Notes: a model not told the origin generated them from the sequence alone. A stretch of DNA of 64,000 bases from an uncultured Methanomassiliicoccus sp. (GCA_905202485.1 CAJKRY010000001.1:92456-156455); one strand, 5' to 3'; positions 28,066 through 38,648 are shown, counted from the stretch's first letter. A program made the numbers and translations.

Positions 28066-29460
28066 TCAGAACAGGGTGCTCTGATTCACGGGGGCAGCCT
28101 TTTTCTTTTCTTTTTGTTTTGCAGGGGCCTTCTTCTCTTTTGCAGATTTTTCATCATCGGGATTCATGGCTTTCATAATCTTCTTGACTGATGCCGAGTC
28201 TATCTTTTCCCCTAAGATATAGGCAATCTCCTCCTGCTCCAGTTCCAGATCCAAAGATGTTTTGAGTGCAAAGTCCGGATCGCTTACATAGATTTTTGAA
28301 AAGTAAGGCAAAATGTCCTGCCTTGTCTGTTTTGCAGACATGTGTACTGCTTCCCCAAGTTTACTGCATATGCTGGCCTGCACAGCCCTTGTGCCTTTTG
28401 ACCTGGACATCTTCATCAGGTACTGAGGGAAATTATACCTCAGAAATCCATGCATTTCTCGGCTCTTAGCAGAGCATACTCCGTAAGATAAGAAGTCGCC
28501 TGCATAGGACCAGAATCCAAAATACTGCCTGCGGTATACCCTTCCCAGATATTTATCGGCTGTCGCTACAGCCTTCATTCCTCTATACATATCCAGATGG
28601 TCGCGGTAGGCAACTGGCAGATTCTCTTCAATCCAGAGCAGTTTGGTCTCCGGAGGCTCGTCCACCTCTGCCAGAGACCGTCTTGCCCGGTCTGCATCTT
28701 TGGATTTGAAGATGTCATCCATGACATTATACATTGTCTTCTCTACTTCTCTGTACGAAACAGAGGTAGCATCAATGTCTTTGACTTCCTCTTTACCCAT
28801 TGAAACTGCCTGAAGATCCCTTACTGCAGATCTCATATCGCCGTTAGCATTGTCTGCAAGAAGCTCTAAAGCCCTGTCAGTAATGGCAATTCCCCGATCT
28901 TTGGCAATTTTTCTCAGAACACCTCTTATTGTAACAGACTTAATCTGTGCAAATTTGATCTGCTCTGTATCGTTTTTAAGAGCTGCACTTTTTCTGGAAA
29001 GAGCATACCAGTCGTTTACAATCAGAATAACCGGCTGTTTGGTTGTTTTAACAACTTCCACCAGTGCAGGCACTCCGCCTCTGTCTTCCTTACCACTGAG
29101 GTTGTCTGCTTCATCAAGGATTATGAGCTTGAGATTGCCGTCTAATGTTGAACGAAATTCCCCCGAGTCTGTGAATGTCTGTCCGAGAGCACCACGCAGA
29201 GCAACGCTCTTTACGGCATCAGCATTACGCTGATCAGAAGCGTTCATCTCCACTGTGTCCCAGCCGTATTCCTTAGCCAATGCTAATGCAGCGCTGGTTT
29301 TTCCCACTCCGGGAGTGCCTATTAAAACTGCAGCCTTTTTTACCGGCTTTCCTGCAGCCCAGGCATCCGCCCACAGCCTTAATGACGCTACAGCCTTCGG
29401 ATTTCCTACAACCTCATCAAGATTATTAGGCCTGTAGAGTTCAGTCCAATCGTCACTCAC
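28066..29460 (-). CDS. rfcL: replication factor C large subunit
   Basis: AAA+ Walker A LIGTPGVGKTSAALALAKEYGWDTVEMNASDQR, DEAD-like ILDEADNL, lysine-rich C-terminal tail typical of archaeal RFC-L. Confidence 0.85.
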   Translation of the reverse strand: MSDDWTELYRPNNLDEVVGNPKAVASLRLWADAWAAGKPVKKAAVLIGTPGVGKTSAALALAKEYGWDTVEMNASDQRNADAVKSVALRGALGQTFTDSGEFRSTLDGNLKLIILDEADNLSGKEDRGGVPALVEVVKTTKQPVILIVNDWYALSRKSAALKNDTEQIKFAQIKSVTIRGVLRKIAKDRGIAITDRALELLADNANGDMRSAVRDLQAVSMGKEEVKDIDATSVSYREVEKTMYNVMDDIFKSKDADRARRSLAEVDEPPETKLLWIEENLPVAYRDHLDMYRGMKAVATADKYLGRVYRRQYFGFWSYAGDFLSYGVCSAKSREMHGFLRYNFPQYLMKMSRSKGTRAVQASICSKLGEAVHMSAKQTRQDILPYFSKIYVSDPDFALKTSLDLELEQEEIAYILGEKIDSASVKKIMKAMNPDDEKSAKEKKAPAKQKEKKKAAPVNQSTLF

Positions 29461-29545
29461 AAAGGTTAGATGCAGACACAGGATAAATAGAATACTCTCA
29501 CAATTACCGAGTGAGTAGCTTAAAGAAAAATGGAAAAGGTTTGGC

Positions 29546-30949
29546 TCATGCTTGAGCCGTTTCTGGAGTTTTTAATCTGATTGCGATGTAACCGGATACT
29601 ATGATCAGGGTTCCGGTTATGATAGACATATAAACACCGGCACCCATGGATATGGCCGCTAATCTGCCGTATATGTATATCGTTCCGATGTCTGATGCCC
29701 AGATGCCAAAGACAACTGCAAGAACTATTACAGCTGCACCTAAGATCATAGATGTATATCCCAGATCATTCTTCCCATGCCGCATCTGCAGTGCAAATAA
29801 GTAAAGTGCAGCTAAGGAGATAATCACAATTACAAACGGCAAGTAAGTTTGGAATCCGCTGAAATGAGCATTCCACAGATCCAGACCTGTCCAGTTATAT
29901 TCATCTCCATACATGTAAAAGGTGGAATTAATCCAGCCAAACGTAATGGATACTACTCCAACCAGTGATGCCAATGCTCCGACAAATTTAACCAAGTATG
30001 CTTTTTCATACTTGTGAGACGGCTTTTCATCACCGAGCTTATCACGCCTTCTGCTGATGATAGGAAGCAGGAACATCATAATTCCGCAAATTAATGAAAT
30101 GCAGAATCCTATGCCCAAATCTTGAAATGAAGGCTGATTTCTTACGGCATTGAATTCCAACAGTGTAAATGCAATTATCAGCATTCCGCATACAGCAGAC
30201 AAAGTTAATCCAGTCCGGTTTGAAACGAATATGTCAGTAACAAGCGGGACCATGCAAAGCGCAGAAAATAAGGAAACTAGCAGAGGAAGATACTCTTGGA
30301 CATTTCCCCCAAAAATATACACATTGTGTAGAAGCTGTAGACCATCCTCATTGAAACCATGATCCATAGTGAGAGTAGTTGTAAATATAGTCGTTATTCC
30401 AATGACTGCAAAGGCAATGCCAATAAGATTGGAAGTTTTTATTGAATTGCGTTTATAATCTGCATCATGAAATAAACCGCAGAAAAACATGCCCAGTCCA
30501 GAAATCAGGGCCAAATAAACCCCGATTCCAACATTAATTAACTCAAGCGAACCTCTTGAAAAATCCAGATAAATCCATGAATGGCCAAAAATTGCAAGGA
30601 TAATGATAGCTAACCCAAAAATTGATGAGAGGTAAGCAACTTTATTTCTTGGTGCAAATAAACCGTATGCAAAGAGTATCAAGCTTATTGCAGAAAAGAT
30701 CATGATCATTGATGGGAAATATGCCAGAATAGAATAGTCGGATTCAAATTGAGCAATTAATTCCCAGCCGTTCAGATTGCCTAAGCTGTCAACATAATTG
30801 GTATCAACCCAACAGCAAGCTAATGAGATTATACCAATAAGGGCAAAGAGTATGCCGACTGCAGCACACATTATCGGCTTTTTAAATTCTGCATCCTTAC
30901 TCAAACTCAACATAGTGTATGAAATTAGAATACAATGTATAATATTCAC
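29546..30949 (-). CDS. polytopic membrane protein of unknown function
   Basis: 467 aa, about 12 hydrophobic helices, no recognisable transporter signature. Confidence 0.5.
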   Translation of the reverse strand: MNIIHCILISYTMLSLSKDAEFKKPIMCAAVGILFALIGIISLACCWVDTNYVDSLGNLNGWELIAQFESDYSILAYFPSMIMIFSAISLILFAYGLFAPRNKVAYLSSIFGLAIIILAIFGHSWIYLDFSRGSLELINVGIGVYLALISGLGMFFCGLFHDADYKRNSIKTSNLIGIAFAVIGITTIFTTTLTMDHGFNEDGLQLLHNVYIFGGNVQEYLPLLVSLFSALCMVPLVTDIFVSNRTGLTLSAVCGMLIIAFTLLEFNAVRNQPSFQDLGIGFCISLICGIMMFLLPIISRRRDKLGDEKPSHKYEKAYLVKFVGALASLVGVVSITFGWINSTFYMYGDEYNWTGLDLWNAHFSGFQTYLPFVIVIISLAALYLFALQMRHGKNDLGYTSMILGAAVIVLAVVFGIWASDIGTIYIYGRLAAISMGAGVYMSIITGTLIIVSGYIAIRLKTPETAQA

Positions 30950-31091
30950 TTATGAATTCTGAATACATATAATTCTTAAGATTAAAACGTAGAATATGAA
31001 GAAGGATAATAAAGAGATTGTTACAAGAGTAGTGTTTCTATGACTTAGAGGTGATGCGCAAAGTACTAAAAGATTCCCACGCGGTCATCAT

Positions 31092-31114
31092 AATACAAAA
31101 ACAATTTTTGTATT
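31092..31114. promoter_or_regulatory. 10-bp perfect inverted repeat AATACAAAAA-caa-TTTTTGTATT upstream of the LRR gene
   Basis: Read directly; about 90 bp upstream of the 31206 start. Confidence 0.3.
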
Positions 31115-31205
31115 ACAAATAAATATCACAATGACTATTAGGGTTTGATGAGCAGTATCCGATAGTTTTGGTTAGTTAAGGCTCATTATTTACTGGGGGG
31201 TAAAA

Positions 31206-33026
31206 ATGAATAAACAGAGAACAGCCATATTTGTAGTGAGCGTTGCCATGCTGGCATTGGCCATATTCGCTATGCCGAATTTTGAGGACGATTATTCAGA
31301 TGATGTGGTACTCAGCGATGAAGGGGATTCGTACCCCCTGTATGATATCCACAGTGACCTTCACATCTCATACCGCATGAATGAAGATGGCAGCAGTGTT
31401 ACTGTCACGGGGCTGAAACATTCGGATATGACTGACTTAACGATACCAGAAAGTATAAAAACAAAAGACGGAAACTATAAAATCACTGCCATAGGAGATG
31501 ATGCATTCAGTAACATCATGGCTCGTGACCTTAAGAATATAAGAATTGAAGCTCCCAATATTTGCATAGGGAATCTGGCATTCTACAACTGTAACTCTCT
31601 GGAGACTATCTCATTTGCCGGCGGAGTCAGCGAAATAGGAGAACTAGCATTTTTCAACTGCAATTCTTTAAAAGATATTGAGATTAATGGAAATGATCTG
31701 AAAATACACAATTACGCATTCATGAGTTGCTCATCATTGATGTCTCTGAAACTATCAGGCAGTGTCGCTTCAATAGGGCAGTATGTATTCATGGGCTGTA
31801 CGGATCTGCATTCTGTAAACATCACAGGCAGCATAGAGATTATTGACAACAATGCATTTTACAGGTGCAATGGGCTCAAGACTGTAAATCTGCCTGCTGG
31901 GATGAAAAGCATCGGTGACAATGCATTCAAAGAGTGTGGCTCAATTGAGCGTTTTATAATAAATGGAGATAATAAAGTTTCTTTGGGAAACGATGCATTT
32001 TATGATGCTTTTGCCATAGCGGTCATACCTAATGAAAGTCCATATCTGAGAGTGGTGGCGTCATCACGAGCTGAGCTCATTACAAGCGGTATTGAGCATC
32101 CATCGAATAATCATGTACAAGTCTGCGTTGTCATACCTCCAGAAGACACGGTAATTGAAGAACGTGCATTCAGAGATTCCAGATGTGACATTGTAGAAGT
32201 AATAATGCACGACAATATCACAAAGATCGAAATGGAAGCATTCGCTTACACAAGTATATTTAAATTGGATCTTCCAGATTCTCTAACATACATAGGCGAC
32301 AGTGCATTCAAATTGAATGAAATTCACACACTAATTATTCCTGAAAATGTTACATATATCGGAGATTCGGCATTTGATTACTGCACTTATCTTTCATCAG
32401 TGTCGATACCAGAAAGTGTGGAACATATTGGGGCTTCGGCATTCGCACATTCAATATATATGAGAGAAGTTTATTTTTCACATTCAGACATGCTGCCTGA
32501 GATGCCTCACATGAGCATATATGGTGCAAATTCACTATTCTATAACTGCCAAAAAACCACACAGGGAGAAACTCATGAAGGATGGTATCCAACACTTGGC
32601 AATGGCGGTATCAATGTGTATATCAGAAGCGGCGTTAACAATACACAGTCTCTGGATAACCAATTCAACAATTTGAATATCATTGAAGTTAAAGATTATA
32701 TTGTTACATTTGATCCAAACGGCGGAACAATAGATACTATGTTTAAAACTGTAAAAGATGGAGAATGTGTAGTTCCATCTGTACACCCTCCGAGCATACG
32801 GGAAGAATGGGGCGTTTCATACATCTTTAAAGGCTGGTGCTATGGAGATGAACTTTATGATCTTAACACGCCAGTGACTGAAGACATGGTGTTAACTGCT
32901 AGCTGGGAAAGATCTGTGCGCAGCATTTCTGATGATAATAATAACATGATATACTTCCTGATAACGCTTGCAATTATCATCATAGCTGTGATATCAGTTG
33001 CATACATCTACATAAAGAAAAAATAA
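31206..33026 (+). CDS. BspA-like leucine-rich-repeat surface protein with signal peptide and C-terminal TM anchor
   Basis: N-terminal signal (AIFVVSVAMLALAIFA), >12 repeats of the about 23-aa BspA/TpLRR unit (I.D.AF..C..L..I.IP), C-terminal helix LITLAIIIIAVISVAYIYIKKK. Confidence 0.7.
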   Translation: MNKQRTAIFVVSVAMLALAIFAMPNFEDDYSDDVVLSDEGDSYPLYDIHSDLHISYRMNEDGSSVTVTGLKHSDMTDLTIPESIKTKDGNYKITAIGDDAFSNIMARDLKNIRIEAPNICIGNLAFYNCNSLETISFAGGVSEIGELAFFNCNSLKDIEINGNDLKIHNYAFMSCSSLMSLKLSGSVASIGQYVFMGCTDLHSVNITGSIEIIDNNAFYRCNGLKTVNLPAGMKSIGDNAFKECGSIERFIINGDNKVSLGNDAFYDAFAIAVIPNESPYLRVVASSRAELITSGIEHPSNNHVQVCVVIPPEDTVIEERAFRDSRCDIVEVIMHDNITKIEMEAFAYTSIFKLDLPDSLTYIGDSAFKLNEIHTLIIPENVTYIGDSAFDYCTYLSSVSIPESVEHIGASAFAHSIYMREVYFSHSDMLPEMPHMSIYGANSLFYNCQKTTQGETHEGWYPTLGNGGINVYIRSGVNNTQSLDNQFNNLNIIEVKDYIVTFDPNGGTIDTMFKTVKDGECVVPSVHPPSIREEWGVSYIFKGWCYGDELYDLNTPVTEDMVLTASWERSVRSISDDNNNMIYFLITLAIIIIAVISVAYIYIKKK

Positions 33027-33126
33027 GGAGGAGCATTCCTCCGATTTTTTTATATTACAAAATTTCAGATAAACACCGCTAAATGAATTATTAACAAGGG
33101 GTTTATAAGAGTCTTAATATTTTTAG

Positions 33127-33834
33127 ATGAGAAGTTCAATGGAAACTCTTGAGATCTGCGGAATTGAAATAGAAATAGAAAGAAAGAAGATCAAGAATCT
33201 TCACATTTACATTCATCCACCATATGGAAACGTTACTATTTCTGCACCGGTCAGAATGAGTGACGAAACTATCATAAAATTTGTAACTTCAAAGATCCCC
33301 TGGATAGAAAAGCACCAGAGTGCATTTCAAAAGCAGAAATCAAAAATGTGCCGTTATCTAAATGGAGAAGAAATCAACATCTGGGGAAAAAAATACAGCT
33401 TAGCAATTATACATTCAGAAACTAAAACACTTATAGTAAGCGGAAATGATGTCCTTCTGCTGATTGATGAAAACAGTACTTTTGAACAAAGAGAAAAAGT
33501 CATAAATGCATGGCATAAAGATCAATTAGAGCCAGTAATGCTTGAACTTGCAAGAAAATGGGAAGAAATTATAGGCGTAAAGGCAAGTTCGTACATTATC
33601 AGGAACATGCGTACAAGATGGGGAAGCTGCAATACATCCACTAGGAGAATCTGCATCAATTTGCAGCTTGCTAAAAAGTCCCCAGAACTTTTAGAGTATG
33701 TGATAGTCCATGAACTCTGCCATCTGTTGGAAGGCAGCCACAATGAAGTTTTTAAGGCATATATGGACAAGTATCTGCCCAACTGGAGACATTTAAGAAA
33801 AGAACTTAATGAGAAACCAATAGGTACCTTTTAA
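33127..33834 (+). CDS. YgjP/DUF45-family M48-like zinc metallopeptidase
   Basis: RTRWGSCNTSTRRICINLQL...YVIVHELCHLLEGSHN...PNWRHLRKEL matches the YgjP signature (WGSC...HELxHL..xNHs..FW...P.W). Confidence 0.7.
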   Translation: MRSSMETLEICGIEIEIERKKIKNLHIYIHPPYGNVTISAPVRMSDETIIKFVTSKIPWIEKHQSAFQKQKSKMCRYLNGEEINIWGKKYSLAIIHSETKTLIVSGNDVLLLIDENSTFEQREKVINAWHKDQLEPVMLELARKWEEIIGVKASSYIIRNMRTRWGSCNTSTRRICINLQLAKKSPELLEYVIVHELCHLLEGSHNEVFKAYMDKYLPNWRHLRKELNEKPIGTF

Positions 33835-33919
33835 GGTATAGAAGTGTATCACATTGTATCTCTATGAAGTCATATTCCATGTTTAATAAATTTTCATAGA
33901 TGTGATGGGGATGATGTGA

Positions 33920-34525
33920 ATGGAATCTAAAGAAAAAATAACAGCCATGACTGTTATTGGGGTCGTGGCAGTTGTTGCAATATTATGTGCAACAATGGTA
34001 TGGAGTTTGAGTATCGTAAATGAGCATGCTTTCAGTTCAAATGATGATTATATATATTCATATTCTAATGCTCATGTAACTGTAATGGGATCTGAAAAAG
34101 ACGGTGAATTTATTGAATCTGCATTAGATCAATATACAGATAATATAATCATACAAAGTGATTTTGAAAGTATAACTCATCCAACGATTGTATTCATCAC
34201 AGAAGATTACGCATCGCATCAGGAACATGATTATTTAGTAGAAAATATAAGATATCTAATAAATCATGGATGTCCAGTCATTACACTGTTCGAATCTCCA
34301 AATCTTCTTATTGAAGCATCCAATGGAAGTTCCAGCATCGCACAAGATTCTAATGCAAATGGATTGATACAAATAAAAAATGGGGAGCATTTGATCACTA
34401 AATGGTTTAGTGTATCTGGATTCAGTGAAGAAGGCACCATAAAAGAAGGATATATTTATGGTATATACTCCATAGTAATTTATGCAAATCACACAGAGAT
34501 TTCAGAATCTGAGATACAAGAATAA
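33920..34525 (+). CDS. hypothetical exported protein (N-terminal anchor helix)
   Basis: TAMTVIGVVAVVAILCATMVWSL then soluble domain; no recognisable motif. Confidence 0.4.
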   Translation: MESKEKITAMTVIGVVAVVAILCATMVWSLSIVNEHAFSSNDDYIYSYSNAHVTVMGSEKDGEFIESALDQYTDNIIIQSDFESITHPTIVFITEDYASHQEHDYLVENIRYLINHGCPVITLFESPNLLIEASNGSSSIAQDSNANGLIQIKNGEHLITKWFSVSGFSEEGTIKEGYIYGIYSIVIYANHTEISESEIQE

Positions 34526-34679
34526 TCGGCGATGTTATAATAACTTCAGAATGTATGCTTTGCACGATATGAGCTCAATGCTGCCGCAGTGCACTTGAAT
34601 TCATAGCGGAGATGATAGCATATCTTCTAAAAAGTTAACAAATGAGGTCGGAGCTCCAGTAGCTGAGAATGAGCATTCA

Positions 34680-36134
34680 TTGACTGCTGGACCTCGCGGA
34701 CCGGTAATGCTGCAGGATGTCTGGTTGTTAGAGAAACTAGCACACTTCGACAGAGAAGTGATTCCTGAAAGACGCATGCATGCTAAAGGCAGCGGAGCAT
34801 ACGGTACATTCACAGTAACACACGACATTACAAAATATACAAGAGCCAAAGTCTTCGAACCGGGAAAGAAGACTGATGTCTTTGTCCGTTTTTCTACAGT
34901 AGCCGGTGAAAGGGGCGCTGCAGACGCAGAAAGAGATATCAGAGGATTTGCCTGTAAATTCTATACTGAAGAGGGAAACTGGGATCTGGTTGGAAACAAC
35001 ACGCCTACATTCTTCATCAGAGATGTTCATGACTTCCCAGATCTCAACAGGGCTGTGAAGAGAGATCCAAAAACCAACATGCGTTCAGCACAGAATAACT
35101 GGGACTTCTGGACCATGCTCCCTGAGACTTTTCATCAAACTACAATCGTAATGTCCGACCGCGGAATTCCTGCTTCCTACAGGCACATGCATGTATTCGG
35201 TGAGCATACATTCAGCTTCTACAATGCTAAAAACGAACGCGTCTGGTGCAAGTTCCATCTGCGTACTCAGCAGGGAATCAAAAATCTGACAGATGCAGAA
35301 GCTGAAGAGTTAATCGGCAGAGACAGAGAAAGCCACGGTAGAGATCTGTATGAAGCGATTGAACGCGGAGACTACCCGCGCTGGACTATGTATGTGCAGA
35401 CCATGACTGAAGAGCAGGCAAGAAACCACTACGAGAATCCCTTTGATATTACAAAAGTCTGGAGGCATGCTGAATTCCCACTTCAGGAAGTTGGTGTTCT
35501 GGAACTTAATAGAAACCCTGAGAATTACTTTGCAGAGGTAGAGCAGGCTGCATTCACACCTGCACACGTCGTACCCGGCATAGGATTCTCACCGGACAAA
35601 TTCCTGCAGGGCCGTCTTTTCGTCTACGGAGATGCACAGCGTTACAGGTTAGGTGTAAATTACAATCAGATACCTGTTAACCGTGCAAAGTGCGAAGTTC
35701 ATGACTACCACAGGGATGGAATGATGCGTGTTGACGGCAACTACGGAGCCACTCCTTCCTATACACCAAACAGCCTGGGAGAATGGGCCGCTCAGCCGGA
35801 AGTTATGGAGCCGCCGTTAGATCTCAGCGGAGCCATGTATGCATTTGATCCCAAAGATGATCCTACAGACAACTGCTTCCGCCAGGGAGGCGAACTATAT
35901 CGTCTGATGACTGAAGACAAACGTGCTCTTTTGATTGAAAACACTGCACGCAACATTGCACCTGTTACTCCTAACATCAAATACCGCCACGCTGCCCATT
36001 GTTATCTGGCAGACGAAGAGTACGGGAAGCGCATCACAGAAGCAATGGGCATAAACTTCGAAAAAGTCAAAGAGCTTTCAAAGCTGTCCAATGCTGAACT
36101 GATAAAAGCTACCTTAGATCAGAATATACAGTAA
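34680..36134 (+). CDS. katA: monofunctional heme catalase (small-subunit type); annotated from TTG, true start probably further upstream
   Basis: Catalase core motifs RERIPERVVHAKG-like ([18 protein letters not shown]), FDRERIPE, proximal Tyr region RLFSY-like ([12 protein letters not shown]); in-frame upstream [28 protein letters not shown] is clearly catalase N-terminus but has no ATG/GTG/TTG. Confidence 0.85.
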   Translation: MTAGPRGPVMLQDVWLLEKLAHFDREVIPERRMHAKGSGAYGTFTVTHDITKYTRAKVFEPGKKTDVFVRFSTVAGERGAADAERDIRGFACKFYTEEGNWDLVGNNTPTFFIRDVHDFPDLNRAVKRDPKTNMRSAQNNWDFWTMLPETFHQTTIVMSDRGIPASYRHMHVFGEHTFSFYNAKNERVWCKFHLRTQQGIKNLTDAEAEELIGRDRESHGRDLYEAIERGDYPRWTMYVQTMTEEQARNHYENPFDITKVWRHAEFPLQEVGVLELNRNPENYFAEVEQAAFTPAHVVPGIGFSPDKFLQGRLFVYGDAQRYRLGVNYNQIPVNRAKCEVHDYHRDGMMRVDGNYGATPSYTPNSLGEWAAQPEVMEPPLDLSGAMYAFDPKDDPTDNCFRQGGELYRLMTEDKRALLIENTARNIAPVTPNIKYRHAAHCYLADEEYGKRITEAMGINFEKVKELSKLSNAELIKATLDQNIQ

Positions 36135-36143
36135 ACACTTACT

Positions 36144-36179
36144 CATCAGATGCGTTGTCATCTGATGGTCTCTTTTTTT
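36144..36179 (+). terminator. intrinsic-terminator-like hairpin CATCAGATG-cgttgt-CATCTGATG followed by T7
   Basis: 9-bp perfect stem 36144-36167 and ttttttt 36173-36179, 10 nt after the catalase stop. Confidence 0.45.
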
Positions 36180-36199
36180 AATAAATTTAAACTTAAAAA

Positions 36200-37078
36200 T
36201 CAATCAAAAAGGCTCATCTGTTTTCCGTTAGATTTTTCTTCAAACTGATTCAAGTATTCGAATATCTGATTGTTATCATGAACAATACCATTCTGCTCGC
36301 ATTTCTGATGAAATAAACGCATCAATTCGCTGTTGTTTCGGCTGCTGAGAGAATACTGGCTGCCGAAAGTTTCAATGTATCTTTCTTTCATATGCGGAAA
36401 CAGTTTATCCAGCTGATCGTAAAAGTATTCTCTGTTTCCTTCCCTGAGCGTCAGCCCCATGCCGAAACAGATAACGCCGTATACTTCAGCTTCAATGCAG
36501 TAATCCAATATTCCTGAGATATTTTCATAAGTGTCGTTGATGAATGGTAGAATAGGGCAGAGCCACACCACTGTGGGTATGCCTAAATAACGCAGCTTTT
36601 TCAAGACTTCAAACCGTTCTTTTGTGGTGCTGACGTTCTGTTCTATTTTCCTGCATAAATCTTCATCATAAGTGGTCAGAGTCATCTGCACCACGCATTT
36701 TGTTTTCTTATTTATTCTATCCAATAAATCCACATCTCTCAAAACAAGATTTGATTTTGTTATCAGTGTAAAGCCGAAACCGTAATGATCTGCCAGAGAT
36801 AATGCTTTTCTGACGTAGCCCAATTCTGCCTCAAGAGGAATATATGGGTCAGTCATTGAACCTGTGCCGATCATGCACTTTTTCTTTTTATGCTTGAGTG
36901 CATAATCCAGCAATTCAATTGCATTCTCCTTGACTTCAATGTCTTCAAACTGATGATTCATGTGATAACAGCTGCTTCTTGAGTCACAGTATATGCACCC
37001 GTGCGAACATCCCCTGTAGAGATTCACTCCGTTTTTTGCAGATAAGATCCCCTTAGATTGTACGTAATGCATTAGCAA
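36200..37078 (-). CDS. radical SAM protein, spore-photoproduct-lyase-like/DNA-repair-photolyase family (COG1533-like)
   Basis: CSHGCIYC (Cx3Cx phi C) near N-terminus, 292 aa TIM-barrel-length, no SPASM/other extension. Confidence 0.65.
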   Translation of the reverse strand: MLMHYVQSKGILSAKNGVNLYRGCSHGCIYCDSRSSCYHMNHQFEDIEVKENAIELLDYALKHKKKKCMIGTGSMTDPYIPLEAELGYVRKALSLADHYGFGFTLITKSNLVLRDVDLLDRINKKTKCVVQMTLTTYDEDLCRKIEQNVSTTKERFEVLKKLRYLGIPTVVWLCPILPFINDTYENISGILDYCIEAEVYGVICFGMGLTLREGNREYFYDQLDKLFPHMKERYIETFGSQYSLSSRNNSELMRLFHQKCEQNGIVHDNNQIFEYLNQFEEKSNGKQMSLFD

Positions 37079-37154
37079 TAGACAACAAATTGACGCTTAA
37101 ATAACCTTTCAGACATTGATTTTTAAAATAATAAAAAATAAATTAAAAGATGTG

Positions 37155-38648
37155 TTACATCTTCATTGTTATTTTTTCCCGCTCTTCTTGAGATGCCATA
37201 GCCAACTTTATGACTTTATCGACATCAAGTGACAAAACTTTGGCAACTCTCGTACCGTAGTCTTCATCAACCTTATAGAATAAAGCAGTCTGGCGGTACT
37301 GTAAGCTTTCTTTAGCTCCTCCGAGGTGTCCAGAGACATTTGAAATCAAGTGGTCCTTGTCTTCATCACTTAGAACTCTTGTGTAAAGAGCCCTTGCCTG
37401 AGCAAAATCTACGTCATCTATCGGCACCTGATGACGTTTGGCTTCCTCATTCACCATCGGTGCAGGCGGTGTGTAAGACATGTCTGGAGCAGGAGCATTA
37501 GGAACAGAATTGGGATAATAATTCGGATCAGATCCAGCAATTGCATAGCTCATCGGTCCGTCCCTCTGATAAATATTCATTGCTTTAGGTGCATTGATCT
37601 TTAGCTGCTGGAAGTTTGGACCTAATCTGTAACGCTGAGTATCTGTATATGCAAACATTCTTGACTGCAGCATCCTGTCAGGAGAGGCTCCAATTCCCGG
37701 AACCATGTTGGACGGCGCAAATGCAGACTGCTCTACCTCATCAAAGTAATTATCGGGATTTTTATTGAGAACCAGCTTTCCCAAAGGAATCAGAGGAAAG
37801 TCTCCATGGTACCAGACTTTGGTTGCATCAAAAGGATCAAACTCATATTTCTCAGCCTGTTCAGGAGTCATGATCTGCACATATACAGTCCATGAAGGAT
37901 AGTCTCCTTTTTTGATAGCTTCAAATAAATCAATCGTAGCATGGTCTGCTTCTTTTCCCTTGAGCTCTATTGCCTCGTCTGCCGTAAGCGTCTCATTTCC
38001 CTGATCAGACTTGAAGGTATATTTTATCCAGACGTGTTCATTCTTTTCATTATACCACATGAAGGTATTAGTTCCAAAACCATCCATATGCCTGTAGTTT
38101 TTAGGAGTTCCACGATCTGTAAATAAGATTGTCACCTGATGAACACTTTCAGGAGTTAATGACAGAAAGTCCCAGTACATGTCATAATCGTGGAGATTGT
38201 TTTTAGGATTTCTTTTCTGGCTGTGAATGAAATCAGGAAACTTGATAGCATCCCTTATGAAGAAGACCGGAGTGTTGTTAGCTACAATATCGTAATTTCC
38301 TTCCTCAGTGTAGAACTTCACAGCAAATCCTCTCGGGTCCCTGTCGGCATCTGGACCGCCTCTTTCAGTATTGACAATGGAGAACCTTACAAAAATATCA
38401 GTTTTCTTTCCCACTTCAGAGAGAAAAGCAGCTCTCGTGTACTTGCTCAAGTCATTTGTTACTTCGAAATACCCATGCGCTCCGGTACCTTTTGCATGCA
38501 CAACCCTTTCAGGAATACGCTCCCTATTGAAGTGAGCTAGCTTTTCAGTCAGATGCACATCCTGAATAAGCGTATAACCGCTTGCAGTTATTGATGCCTG
38601 GTCATCATCTACAGGAGAACCACTTGCAGTGGTTAATTTTCCTTTCAT
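37155..38648 (-). CDS. katA: monofunctional heme catalase (second copy)
   Basis: Full N-terminus present (TLIQDVHLTEKLAHFNRERIPERVVHAKGTGAHGYF), distal His/Asn and proximal Tyr regions (RMFAYTDTQRYR); 497 aa. Confidence 0.9.
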   Translation of the reverse strand: MKGKLTTASGSPVDDDQASITASGYTLIQDVHLTEKLAHFNRERIPERVVHAKGTGAHGYFEVTNDLSKYTRAAFLSEVGKKTDIFVRFSIVNTERGGPDADRDPRGFAVKFYTEEGNYDIVANNTPVFFIRDAIKFPDFIHSQKRNPKNNLHDYDMYWDFLSLTPESVHQVTILFTDRGTPKNYRHMDGFGTNTFMWYNEKNEHVWIKYTFKSDQGNETLTADEAIELKGKEADHATIDLFEAIKKGDYPSWTVYVQIMTPEQAEKYEFDPFDATKVWYHGDFPLIPLGKLVLNKNPDNYFDEVEQSAFAPSNMVPGIGASPDRMLQSRMFAYTDTQRYRLGPNFQQLKINAPKAMNIYQRDGPMSYAIAGSDPNYYPNSVPNAPAPDMSYTPPAPMVNEEAKRHQVPIDDVDFAQARALYTRVLSDEDKDHLISNVSGHLGGAKESLQYRQTALFYKVDEDYGTRVAKVLSLDVDKVIKLAMASQEEREKITMKM

